The position numbers and the translations under genes were made by a program. A DNA stretch of 64,000 bases, from contig OY740804.1 in assembly GCA_963514005.1 (NCBI GenBank), positions 14,880,001-14,944,000 on the forward strand, given 5' to 3'. This document shows positions 1-12,183 of the stretch, one piece after another. Numbering within the stretch: the first letter of the stretch is position 1; each line of letters begins with the position of its first letter. This stretch comes from Raja brachyura (Eukaryota). The notes below the pieces were generated by a model. The model saw nothing but the letters and a program-made list of their open reading frames with translations. It was not told where the DNA came from and made no database searches.

Positions 1-2529
1 CGGAACTCCCGCTCCAGACATTCCCTCTGCTCACAGTCTGGACACTGACCCCGACCAAACTCAGGACCCTCATGGATCTGGCCATAGACCCCTCTTGTAC
101 TCCAGGCCCACAGCCTATCTTCTGGATCGTCGAATAAAACAGATTCTTGACCATCAGATTTATAATCAGATGTCACCTCTTTGGAGTTTTACTCCTGTTG
201 TTATCGTCTCATCTCCTCTAGTGTAAGAAGGCAGATCTTGGAATTAAATCAGGTTCACAACACAGGAGGCAGTTGTGGACCTATCAGAAGATCTGACCAA
301 TCTAGTCCTGTATAAACCATTACAGCACATGATCAGGCCGTTCTGTCCACGATGTCCATGCCTAACATGATGCCTACTTAAACTAATCCCTTCTGCCTGC
401 AAGTGCTCCAAATCCCTCCCGCATATCCACGGGTCAACCTAAAAGCCTCTTAAACCTACTATCGTATCTACTTCTATCACCACTCCTGGCAGTGTATCCC
501 AGGCACCTTTCACTGTGTAAAAAATAAAATTACCCCACACATCTCCTTTAAACTTTCCCCTGACCTTACAGTTATGCCTTCTAGTATTTGATATTTCACT
601 CTGGGAAACTGATGCCTAATTAAAATACAGACTGAAGGCCCTTGTGTTATAGTCTCATCTCCTCCAGTTTATGAAGTCATAGAGTTAAAAAAAGTTCACA
701 GCACAATGAGTGTCGTATGCAGCTCCTGTATGCTCTTCAGGGCCAAAATAGAAAAGCATCCCAAATGCCTTTTCAACCACTCGATTGACCCATCATGCTG
801 CATCTAGAATCAGTGGACATACTCTCCGAAGTCCCCAGTCCTTGTACTCCTCGCAATACACTCCCATTTATTACATGTTCCTTTGTTTGTTGCATCTGTT
901 CTAATGTTTGAGTCTTCTCTTTTCTGGCCCAAATGACACTTAGCTACCTAACTGACCACATGCCTATATCTTCCTACAATTTAATTTCACTATTGACCAC
1001 ACAACCTATCTTTTCACATCATCTTCTTCTTTACTATGATCTTACTTTTCATTCTAAATCATTAATAAGTGTTACAAAATACAATGGACTGAGAATTGGA
1101 CCCTACTGGAAAACACAAAATCATACATCAATCAGGATTCTTGATTTCCTACCACTGAGCCATTTCAGATTCAGTCTGTTGGTTTTCTTGAATCCAATGG
1201 GTTTATTTCTTTCTTTTATGAGCCTTGTCAAAGCTTTACAAAAATCCAAAAGATTCAAAAGTTAAAGGAGGTCTTCCCTTCATAAATGCAACCTGACCAG
1301 CCTTAGTCATCTACTTTTCTCCAAATTGAGTTTATTCTGTCCAATAACATATTGATTCCAATAACATGTTCTTTTCCGTAACAATACTAGATGTTACTGA
1401 ATTATGACCACTCCCACAAAAACACTCTGCCACTGATGTCACAGTGGCATACACAATAGGAGGATATTCATGTCTGTGCTGGTTCTCTACCAGAGCAAGC
1501 TGCTCTTTCTATCCATACCCAGCCCTTTCTTCATAGCCTTACAAATCTTTCTCCGCCATATATGTATCCAGTTCCTTCTTAAAGGCCACAGTGGAACCTC
1601 CCTCCACCACATCTGCAGACAGTACAACCCAGATTCCAATCACACAGTGTGTAAATAAAAGGTTTTTCCTCGTGTCACTCTTTATTCCCTTCCTCAGAGA
1701 CCTCTAATCCTTAAGCCCTCCACCAAAGTGAAAGTCTCCCTTTGTCCGCTCTGTCCTGATCCTTCATCAACTACTATCTAATCATCCCCTCAGCCTTCTC
1801 TAATCGATCTTTGTTAACTATAGTCCTTCATACAAGGAATTAAAATAAATCTTTCTGGACCCAATCTAAACCTTTGCTTAAATGTAGCAAACAGAATTGA
1901 ACACAATAATACAGTCGAAGCCAGACGATTTGTTATAAAGGTTTGGTACAAATTCCCTGCTTCTATACACTATGCCTCTATTGACTGAGCACAGAATTGG
2001 CTATGCCTCATCAATCACTTTCTTTGCCAGCGCCCGGTCAGTTTCAAAATCAGTGGACACATAGCCCCAGGTTCCCTCTGCTCCCGCATACTTTTAGAAT
2101 AATATCCTCCTTCGCCTCCTAACTTCCTACTAAGATGCATCGCCTCATTTTTTCCACATCAAACTTCATCTGTCTTGTCTCTGCCAATTCCACCAGCCTG
2201 TTTATGTTGTGCTGGAATGTCTCATTAAACTTCTCAATGTCCACAATACTGCCAATTATTTTGCCATCTGTTAACTTTGAAATTATGGTTTGCCTCACAA
2301 GCCAAGGTCATTAAAACAGATAAAAGAACCACTATCAATCTCAGGGGAATGCGCAAATAGACACTTTCCTCTGCTAAAGAGAAAAACTATTCAGCATGAT
2401 CCTCTGTTGTCTGTTATTTCACCAACTTCATACTTTCGCTATCAATATCCCTTTTGTTCAAATATTCGAGTTTCAATACATCCAACACTGTACCCTGGAG
2501 ACACCCCATCCCAGACAAACGACCCATCC

Positions 2530-3023
2530 TGCCCTGATTCCTGGGATGTCAGGACTTTCATATGAGGAAAGATTGGATAGACTCGGTTTGTACTCGATGG
2601 AATTTAGAAGATTGAGGGGGGATCTTATAGAAACCTACAAAATTCTTAAGGGGTTGGACAAGCTAGATGCTGGAAGATTGTTCCCGATGTTGGGGGAGTC
2701 CAGAACAAGGGGTCACAGTCTAAGGATAAGGGGGAATTCCTTTAGGACCGAAATGAGGAAAACATTCTTTACACAGAGAGTGGTGAGTCTCTGGAATTCT
2801 CTGCCACAGAAGGTAGTTGAGGCCAGTTCATTGGCTATATTTAAGAGGGCGTTAGATGTGGCACTTGTGGCTAAAGGGATCAGGGGGTATGGAGAGAAGG
2901 CAGGTACGGGATACTGAGTTGGATGATCAGCCATGATCACATTGAATGGCGGTGCAGGCTCGAAGGGCCGAATGGCCTACTCCTGCACCTATTTTCTATG
3001 TTTCTATGTTTCTATGTTTCTAT
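2530..3023 (+). mobile_element. CR1 (HER1-like) LINE 3' end, 5'-truncated
   Basis: ORF 2396-2917 C-terminus LIPGMSGLSYEERLDRLGLYSMEFRRLRGDLIETYKI...WNSLP is the CR1 ORF2 end; 3' UTR ends in (TTTCTATG)n tail; near-identical to the ends of the 23-24.6 kb and 33-35.7 kb copies. Confidence 0.92.
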
Positions 3024-3134
3024 GCCCTGTGCCGGCTAGATGCCCCATTGCATGCAAAGCTGATGGTGCATCCCGCCCGGTACCAGGGAGACACCCTGCC
3101 ATGGGCAAACACTCCACCCCTGAATCTGGTAGAT

Positions 3135-3420
3135 TCACTGCCTTACAGTTCCAGAGACACTAGATCCTGACCTCGGGACCTGCTTATGTGGGATTTACAG
3201 ATTCTCATTGTTTGTTCCCATACCCCAAAGATGTGCAGATTGGCAGATTAATTGATGTAAATTGTCCCTAGTGTGCACACAAGTGTTAGAATCTGTGGTA
3301 AGTTGACGTGGATGCGAGGAGAATAAAATAGGATTCATGTAGGATTAGTGTATTTGGGAAACTGCTGCTTGCAATGGACTGAGTAGACCAAGGGGCCTAC
3401 TTCCATGTTATCTGACATCT
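3135..3420 (+). mobile_element. decayed HE1-like V-SINE
   Basis: ctgccttacag...gatcctgacctcggg head, V-domain-like ccccaaagatgtgcagattggcagattaattg...aaattgtccctagtgtg, CR1-like tail. Confidence 0.6.
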
Positions 3421-4026
3421 ACCACACGTAGGTGTGCTGCTGGATGCAGTTATTTACATTAAAAAATATATTTTGTTTAATACAATAAAGTTTTAATTTT
3501 GTTTTACTGTTGTTATCAAATTGTAACACATGATAGCTTAAACTGTGTGTCCAATTCAAAAGTCAGGCATTTGGGATATATTTAGTCTGACATCAATGAG
3601 AGAGGGTTATGCAAGCAGCTGAATTGATCTGGGGAGACACAGACATTAATGCACAGTAAGACCACTGAGAAATACAACCATTGCACAGTCCTCTATTGTC
3701 TTGTCACACAGTCACAGGAGTTGGTCAACCAGATATTCACCTTCACTGATTCCCAACCAGTAATTCCAAAGCTTCAAATGACTGAAAATCACCCCAAAAT
3801 GCTCTGTGATTACAACACAGTCTTGGGGAGAAGATGGTGGGAATAATCAGTACCGTTAACCGATTATGGCAACAGTTACAGAGTTTAACCTCCTTCCAAA
3901 ACACCTTTCCCCAACTCCAACTCACCAACCAATTGAACAGAATTAAAGATACAACAGAACTCTTTACACTGGACCTCTCGGGTGGTGAAGCAGGTGTATC
4001 AAAGTGTGGCATAAGTCTGCCCTTAC

Positions 4027-4094
4027 CCAGGAATGCAGAAATAGTCAACATGATCCCAAATAAGCAGCGTTCTGGTGGAGTTGTCCCAGTGTCA
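4027..4094 (-). CDS. DRAM2: DRAM2 coding exon 2 (68 bp): (S)DTGTTPPERCLFGIMLTISAFL(G)
   Basis: minus-strand acceptor tttctccttcacAG (4096-4095) and donor GTaagg (4026-4025); phase 2 start fits the preceding exon; peptide matches the DRAM-family SDTG..PE.C.FG motif. Confidence 0.93.
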
Positions 4095-4854
4095 CTGTGA
4101 AGGAGAAACAAACCATGGTGAGCATTCAGGAATGGGTAAAGGCACCATAAAACTTCAAACTAAATACTGGAAACAGAAGAAAAAAAACTTGGGACAGAAC
4201 TGTTTCAATTAGATCTGGGGATGGGAAGGATTGTTCTTTGAAGATCACAAGAAAATAGGAGCAGGAGTAGGCCACCAAGCCCCTCAAACCAGCCTTGCCT
4301 TTCAATAAATCATGGTGAATCTATGCTGATGTCGATTCCTCTTCTGTGCTAGTCACCCATAAACTTTGATTTCTTGAGTTTTCAAATATTATTCTACCTT
4401 CACTGCAGATACATTTTATGAGCAGGCCTCCACCACCCTCAGGAAGAGAATTCCAGAGATTTAGAACCTAGGTCATAGGATACGGAGTGGGTCATGCGGT
4501 AGCTCAAGATATTGGATCATGGCTAAACTCATCCTTGGACACAGCTCCATTCCTTACTTTAGAAGTCTTAACCCTCACCAAACTATACCCCAAAAAAAGG
4601 ACTGCTCAGCTAAATCTTAAATGTACTATGACTTAATCTGAGTTTATGCCCCCTCACTCTAAATACCCCCAGTTGGAGAATATCATCTACCATTTTGAAC
4701 ACCCCTCACTACAACACAACCCTGCCCAACTAATGTCAATGTTGTTCACTTACTTAGGCCATATCTCAGCAAGATAATCTTTCGGCCTTAAACCATGCTG
4801 GAGTGTAGCAGAGCTGTGGGGCTTTACACATGCTAGGAGCTCCTGGGACATTAG

Positions 4855-5890
4855 ATTGCATGTGATCCAGGGAGAGCTAGCTAACTGGATACAGATAAAG
4901 ACACAAAGTGGTGGAGTAACTCAGCAGGTTAGGCGGCATCTCTGGAGAATGTGGATAGGTCATGTTTCGGTTAGGGACCCTTCTTCAGTTTGAAGAATGG
5001 GCCCCGATCCGGAAAGTCACCTATCCATGTTCTTCAGGGAGGTTGTCTGATCTGCTTAGTGACTCCAGAATTGTGTGTCTTTTTTGGTAAACCAGCATCT
5101 GCAGTTCCTTCTTTCTACATTTTAACTGGATACAGAATTGGCTTCATGGTAGGAAGCTGAGGGTGGTAGTGAAAGGTTGGTTTTCAGGCTGGAGGCTTGT
5201 GGCGTGTCTCAGATCTATGCTGTTTGTCATCACTAGCACGATTTGAATGAGGCACGTTTAATAAAATTGCAGATTACACTAAAATAAGTGGCATTGTAGA
5301 GGGTGAAAATGGTTAGCAAAGATTACAGCGGGACCCTGATCAGCTAGATATGTGAGCCAAGAAAGGGCTAATGAAGTTTAACTCAGATAAATGTGAGCTG
5401 TTTCATTATGGAAAGTCAAACTGCGGCAGGACCATCACAGTTAACAGTAGGGCCATGGGCTATATTGTAGAGCAGAAAGATCTAGGAGTACTAACTACAT
5501 GGTGAAGAAGGCTTATGGCATGCAGGTCTTCATCAGTCAGGGAACCGAGTGTAGAAATTAGGAAATGTTGTTGCAGTTGCATAAGATATTAGTGAGGCTG
5601 CACATGAAGTATTGTGTTCAATTTTGGTCGTCCTACTATAGGAGAGATGCCATTAAGCTGGAAAGAGTGCAGTGAAGGTTGACGACAATTTTTGCAGGAC
5701 TCAAGGACCTAAACTATAAGGCGAGGTGAAGCAGGCTAGAACTTTATTCCTTGGAGTAAAGGAGGCAGAGGGGCGATCTTATTGATGTACATAAGGGGAA
5801 GAGATAGGGGAATCAAGAACTAGAGAGCATTAAGTTAAGATGAGAGGGTAAAGATTTAATAGGAACCTGAAGGACAACTCCACACAGAGG
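4855..5890 (+). mobile_element. old decayed CR1 ORF2 (RT to 3' end), interrupted at 4896-5122
   Basis: degenerate WIQNWL, K(F)ADDTK-like and LVRLH.(E)YCVQFW-like motifs with many stops and frameshifts. Confidence 0.7.
4896..5122. mobile_element. short palindromic Penelope-derived insert with back-to-back hammerhead-like motifs
   Basis: 14-bp TSD TAACTGGATACAGA (4882-4895 and 5123-5136); ~95-bp imperfect inverted arms meeting near 4989; sequence matches the terminus of the Penelope element at 12.2 kb. Confidence 0.8.
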
Positions 5891-6287
5891 GTTTCTGGAG
5901 ATCTCTGGAGCTGTTGCTATCAGCTGCTATGTCCTCCCTGAAAAACCATCAAAAGATATCAAAGTTTATGTCAAAGATGTCCACATGAACTCTTGCACAA
6001 CGTCTTCCTAAGGAAGACCAAACTGTATGCCATCACTGATATGGATTATAAATATCTCAGCTCCAGCATGGACCACGTACCATGCAACTACAGCCTGGCA
6101 CTTTACTCTGTTTTCCAAGTTAATTAATCCTTTATTCATGTTAATATATTAACCCCAATATCACAAGCTTTTATTGTGTGCAGCTAACTTTTATGCAGCA
6201 TCTTTCGTGACCTTTTAGAACTCCAAATTCAGTTTTCCCTGCACCCACGTTGCTAGTTATATCCCCAAAGAACTCTAATACACATGA

Positions 6288-6752
6288 AAATAGACACAAA
6301 ATGTTGGAGTAACAGTGGGTCAGGCAGCATTTCTGGAAAAAATGAATACGTGATGTTTCGAGTCGAAACCCTTCTTCAAACAGAGTCAGGGTACAGAGAG
6401 ATATGAAAAGTTTCAGAACAAATCAGAGCTGGCATCGATGACCAAGTAGAGCCCACAATGACCCATTGTTAGCTGTGGAAGAGGTGATAACGTAGGAATA
6501 TATGGAAGCGAACAGTGGAACTGGCAGGATGACTAGGGTGGGGAAGGGGCAGAGAGCGAGGGAATGCAGGGTTTAGTTGAAATGAGAGAAATCAACATTC
6601 AAGCTGCTGGGTTGCAAACTGCCTGCCCAAACAAAATATGACGAACTATTTCTCCAATTTGCATGAAGCTGCCTGACCTGATGAGTTACTCCAATATTTT
6701 GTGTCTATCTTTGGTGTAACGCAGCATCTATAGTTCCTTCCAAAACATTTTG
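6288..6752 (-). mobile_element. non-autonomous Penelope-derived element with inverted terminus
   Basis: 14-bp TSD TCTAATA(C/G)ACATGA (6274-6287 and 6753-6766); Penelope 3' terminus plus degenerate hammerhead motif at 6350-6379. Confidence 0.75.
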
Positions 6753-6949
6753 TCTAATAGACATGATTTCCCTTTCATAAATCTATGTTGGTATTATCTA
6801 GTTATATTATTATTTGTTTGTGCCTTGTTAGTACTTCCATAAATATTAATTCCAGCATTCTCCCCTTAATAGAGGTTAGACAAGAAGTTCCCCAATTTCT
6901 GTCTCCTCCATTTTGCAGAACATGTTTGCAGAATCTAGAAAATTTTAGA

Positions 6950-7370
6950 GGATGTCAACTTTAAACTAGAGAGGCAGGGGATGAGAGCCAGAGCAGTAGG
7001 TCAGAAATTGAAAGAAGTGATGGGAAGGTAAAGATTAGAACCAATTAGTCTCAAAGGAAGGACAGGCAGGAAAAGGTAAAGGATTATGTTGAATTTGACG
7101 GGCTGAAGTGTGTTTATTTCAATACCAGGAGTATTGTGGAGAAAGCAGATTAATTTAAAGGCTGGATTGATGCTTGGGACTATGATGTTGTGGCCATTGT
7201 AGAAACTGGAAATACTGGAGATTCATCTGCCGAGGTAGAGCTTAAAAGTAAGAAAGGTGCAAACACTCTTATGGGATTATGCTGTAGGCACTCAGTAGCA
7301 AGCGGAAGATAGAGGAACAGATATGTAGACAGATTACTGAAAGATGCCAAAGCATCAGAGTTATCTTAGA
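6950..7370 (+). mobile_element. old CR1 ORF2 5' (AP endonuclease) fragment
   Basis: LKCVYFNTRSIVEK and WDYDVVAIVET motifs typical of the CR1 endonuclease N-terminus. Confidence 0.65.
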
Positions 7371-7488
7371 GACATAATTGCCTGTTCTTGTGCTGTACCA
7401 TTCTATGACCTGTTCTATATTCTAAGTTCTTTTGGTTTAGACATGCATTCACAGAGAGCCAGAGTTTCACCATGGCCTAATCACACCA

Positions 7489-9840
7489 GCTGTGCTATCT
7501 AAAAGATTACCCACTATTACTTCCTCTGATGTTGCTGCAACACATTCAACCACAGCCCAGGACCGGAAAGAGACAAGACCATCTGAAGTTGCATGCGAAC
7601 CAGGAGCAATGGGTAAATCAGCTCCTTATACCCGCACCAACACATCATTTAATAAGATCACTGCTGATCTGAATTTCACCCCAACTTTCTGTGTACCCAC
7701 AGTAACCTGAATTTCACCCCAACTTCTGTGTACCCACAGTAACCACCTTGCTTATCGGTCTATCCTTGCCTTAAAAATATTCAAACACCCTGTCACTACT
7801 TGAACAATGGTTCTATCATCACAGGATGGAAATAGGAAATACTAGAGGGCATAGCTGTAAGGTGAGAGGGGCAATGTTTAAAGCCCACTCTCACCCACTG
7901 TGCTATCTAAAGCATTAAGCATCCACTACTCACTTAATTTGAGGCTGCTGATCCACGTTTCAGAGAACAGTCCAGGACCGGGGAGAGTTAAGACCATATA
8001 AAGTTGCATACAAATTACAGTGCCCTCCATAATGTTTGGGACAAAGACCCATCATGTATTTATTTGCCTCTGTACTCCACAATTGGAGATTTGTAATAGA
8101 GAAAATCACATGTGTATAAAGTGCACATTGTCAGATTTCATTAAAGATCATTTTTATACCTGTAGAAATTACAGCTGTGTTTATACATAGTCCTCCCATT
8201 GCAGGGCACCATAATGTTTGGGACACATGGCTTCACAGGCGTTTGTAATTGCTCAGGTGTGTTTAATTGCCTCCATAATGCAGGCATAAGAGAGCTCTCA
8301 GCACCTACTCTTTCCTCCAGTCTTTCCATCACCTTTCGAGCCTTTTATCGCTGTTTATCAACATAAGGACCAAAGTTGTGTCAATGAAAGTCAAAGTAGC
8401 AATTATGAGACTGTGACACAAGAATGAAACTGTTAGAGACATCAGCCAAACCTTAGGCTTACCAAAATCAACTGTTTGGAACATTATTAAAAAGAAAGAG
8501 AGCACTGGTGAGCTTACTAATCGCAAAGGAACTGGCAGGCCAAGGAAGACCTCCACAGCTGATGACAGGAGAATTATCTCTATAATAAAGGAAAATCTCC
8601 AAACACCTGTCAGACAGATCAGAAACACTCTTCAGGAGTGGATTTGTCAATAACCACTGTCTGCAGAAGACGTCATGAACAGAAGTACAGAGGCTACACT
8701 ACAAGATGCAATCCACTGGTTAGCCGCATAAATAGGATGGCCCGGTTAGAGTTTGCCAAGAAGTACTTAAAAGAGCAACCACAGTTCTGGAAAAAGGTCT
8801 TGTGGACAAGACAAAGATTCATTTACTGTATATCAGAGTGATGGCAAGAGCAAAGGATGGAGGGGAGAAGGAACTGCCCAAGATCCAAAGCATACTACCT
8901 CATCTGTGGGGGTGTTATGGCCTGGGCATGTATGGCTGCTGAAGGTACTGGTTCACTTATCTTCATGATGATACAACTGCTGATGGTAGTAGCATACTGA
9001 ATTCTGAAGTGTAGAGACACATCCTAACTGCTCAAGTTCAAACGAATGCCTCAAAACTCATTGGCTGGCGGTTCATTCTACAGCAAGACAATGATCCCAA
9101 ACATACTGCTAAAGCAACAAAGGAGTTTTTCAAAGCTAAAAAATTGTAAATTCTTGAGTGGCCAAGTCAATCACCCGATCTGAACCCAATTGAGCATGCC
9201 TATTATATGCTGAAGAGAAAACTGAAGGGGACTAGCCCCCAAAACAAGCAAAAACTAAAGATGGCTGCAATACAGGCCAGGCAGAACATCACCAGAGAAG
9301 ATACCGAGCAACTGGTGATGTCCATGAATCGCAGACTTCAAGCAGTCATTGCACGCAAAGGATTTGCAACAAAATACAAAATACATGACTATTTTGATTT
9401 ACATTATATTGCTGTGTCCCAAACATTATGGTGCCCTGAAATGGGGGGGACTATGTATAAACATTGCTGTAATTTCTACATGGTGAAACCAAAATGTATA
9501 AAAATGGCTGGCCTTTATTAAAATCTGACAATGTGCACTTTAACCACATGTGATTTTTTTCTATTACAAATCACAAATTGTGGAGTACAGAGGCAAATAA
9601 ATAAATGATGGGTCTTTGTCCCAAACATTATGAAGGGCACTGTAGAAGCAGTGGGTGAATCAGCACCTCAAGCCTTCTCAATCATTTAATAAGATCAATG
9701 CTGATCTGAATTTAACCTAAACTCCACATTCCTGTCTACCCGCAATAATCTTACACCCCCTCGCTTATCAGTCCGTCCCTGCCTAAAAAATATTTAAAGA
9801 CCCTGTCACTGCTTGTACAACAATCCTATCATCCCAGGAA
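7489..9840. repeat. diverged local tandem duplication (unit 1 ~7489-7825; unit 2 ~7898-8017 + 9643-9840), unit 2 split by a Tc1 element
   Basis: shared colinear blocks ctgtgctatctaaa, ccaggaccgg..agaccat..aagttgcat, atcatttaataagatca.tgctgatctgaattt, accctgtcact. Confidence 0.75.
8018..9642 (+). mobile_element. full-length Tc1-family DNA transposon (IR/DR type) with inactivated transposase
   Basis: TA TSD (8016-8017, 9643-9644); ~210-bp TIRs starting CAGTGCCCTCCATAATGTTTGGGACAAAG with inner direct repeat at ~8209; transposase remnants TGRPRKTS, FWKKVLWT, QQDNDPKHT, WPSQSPDLNPIE broken by stops and frameshifts. Confidence 0.95.
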
Positions 9841-10607
9841 TCAAGGAAGAGTTCCCATAGTCTAAGGAGCCACTGAGAGATGGGCCATAATGCAGAGCCC
9901 TGACACAGCACAACCTCTCCGAACACAGGTTCATAGAAATTAGGAGTAGATCATCTAGCCCATCGAGCATACTTCACCATCAGTACAATCCTGGTTAATC
10001 CCCTATATCATCTATTGGAGGAGGCTTATCAGAAAATTGTCTGCATTAGAGGGGTATTGGTTACAAGGAGATGTTGGACAAACTTAGATTGTTTTCTCTT
10101 GAACTCTGGAAGTTGAAGGGAGATTTGATGGAAATATACAAAACCATGAGAAGTATAGATAGAGTAGACATAGATAAACTTTAAAGAACATGTGCGGGGA
10201 AAGTCATTTTAGACAGGGAGTGCCTGGGAAGCAAAGCTGTTTTGGTTGTGGAGGCAGATACTATAGTAGCATAACGAGACTATTGTATGATATGCAGGTC
10301 GAGATATGGATTATGTGCAGAAAAATGTTTAGTTTATCTTGGCATGTTGTTTAGAACAGTCATGGGCCCAAGGGCTTATTCCAATCCTGTACTGTTGTTT
10401 GTTCTACACCATCTTCATGCTCTCTCACTATACCCTTTGATATCTTTGTATGTGTAAATCCATTTATTACTTTCATATAGATAATTAGCAACTCAGCCTC
10501 CAACACTCTCTGTAGTAAAGCACTGAAAATTACACCCTCCTAGTGAAGAGATTTCGCCCAATCTCAGTCCTAAATGCTTTACACCATACTCCAAGACAGC
10601 TCTTTGG

Positions 10608-11580
10608 ACAATAGACAATAGGTGCAGGAGTAGGCCATTCGGCCCTTCGAGCCAGCACCGCCATTCAATGTGATCATGGCTGATCATCTACAATCAGTAC
10701 CCCGTTCCTGCCTTCCCTCCATATTCCGCTATCCCCAAGAGCTCTAACTGTCTCTTGAAAGCATCCAGAGAACCAGCCTCCACCGGAGGCAGAGAATTCC
10801 ACACACCCACAACTCTGTTGGACAAAGCTTTTCCTCATCACCGTTCTAAATGGCTTACCACTTATTCTTAAACTATGGCCCCTGGTTCTGGACTCCCCCA
10901 ACATCGGGAACACGTTTCCTGCCTCTAGTGTGTCCAAACCCTGAATAATCTTATATGTTTCAATAAGATCCCCTCTCATCCTTCTAAATTCCAGAGTCTA
11001 CAAGCCCAGCCGCTCCAATCAATCAACATATGACAGTCCCGCCATCCCGGGAATTAGCCTTGTGAACCTACGCTGCACTCCCTCAATAGCAACAATGTCC
11101 TTCCTCAAGTTTGGAGACCAAAACTGCACACAATACTCCAGGTGTGGTCTCACTAGAGCCCTGTACAATTGCAGGAAGACCTCTTTGCTCCTATACTCAA
11201 CTCCTCGTGTTATGAAGGCCAACATGCCATTTGCTTTCTTCACTGCCTGCTGTACCTGCATGCTTACCTTCAGTGACTGATGAATAAGGACCATTTTCCC
11301 AACTTGACACCATTTAGATAATAATCTGCGTTGCTGTTTTTGCCACCAAAATGGATAACCTCACATTTATCCACATTAAACTGCATCTGCCCACTCACCC
11401 AACCTGTCCAAGTCACCCTGCATCCTCATAGCATTCTCCTCACAATTCACACCGCCACCCAGCTTTGTGTCATCTGCAAATTTGCTAATGTTACTTTAAA
11501 TCCCTTCATCCAAATCATTCATATATATTGTAAATAGCTGTGGTCCCAGCACCGAGCCTTGCGGTACCCCACTAGTCACT
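10608..11580 (-). mobile_element. CR1 LINE, RT C-terminal half to 3' tail
   Basis: minus ORFs [53 protein letters not shown]; (ATTGTCT)n-type tail at ~10608-10620. Confidence 0.92.
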
Positions 11581-12042
11581 CGTCTAGTTCCAGAAACCCA
11601 TCCTGGAGGAACATGCACCAATCCAGCCTGAAAAATGTTGTTGATTTTAATGAGATCTCTCATTTTTCCATGCTCCATAAATACTGTTCATCCCTAGGTA
11701 ACGAATAGGTTCCATTTTTATCGATGTTCACAGTAACTTTCGTCAGTAAGTTGGAAAATACACAAAAATCACTGAATATGGTAACCTTCGTTTAAGAAAG
11801 AACTGCAGATGCTGGAAAAATCGAAGGTAGACAAAAATGCTGGAGAAACTCAGTGGGTGAGGCAGCATCTATGGAGCGAAGGAATAGGTATGGTAACCAT
11901 AATAGGAATAGGTAACCATATCTCCACAGTTTAGTATAGTTTAGTTTAGAGATACTGCGAGGAAACAGGCCCATGCTGACCAGCAATCACCATCCTACAC
12001 ACTAGGGACAATTAACAGAAGCCTATCAGAAACAGAACAGAA

Positions 12043-12167
12043 GAGGGTATGGAGAGAAGGCAGGTACGGGATACTGAGTTGGATGATCAGCCATGATCAT
12101 ATTGAATGGCGGTGCAGAATCGAAGGGCCAAATGGCCTACTCCTGCACCTAATTTCTATGTTTCTAT
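12043..12167 (+). mobile_element. CR1 extreme 3' tail inserted in a SINE
   Basis: near-identical to the 3' UTR at 2885-3010, ending in tttctatgtttcta. Confidence 0.8.
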
Positions 12168-12183
12168 TAACCTACAAAATCTG

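Noticed and set aside
190-720. Diverged ~70-bp direct repeat (~195-270 and ~643-710)
   Set aside because: Short, degenerate and embedded in decayed CR1 fragments; no evidence of function
1-4026. Third DRAM2 coding exon (expected ...YVRYKQV...)
   Set aside because: Not found by eye on the minus strand; probably left of the window
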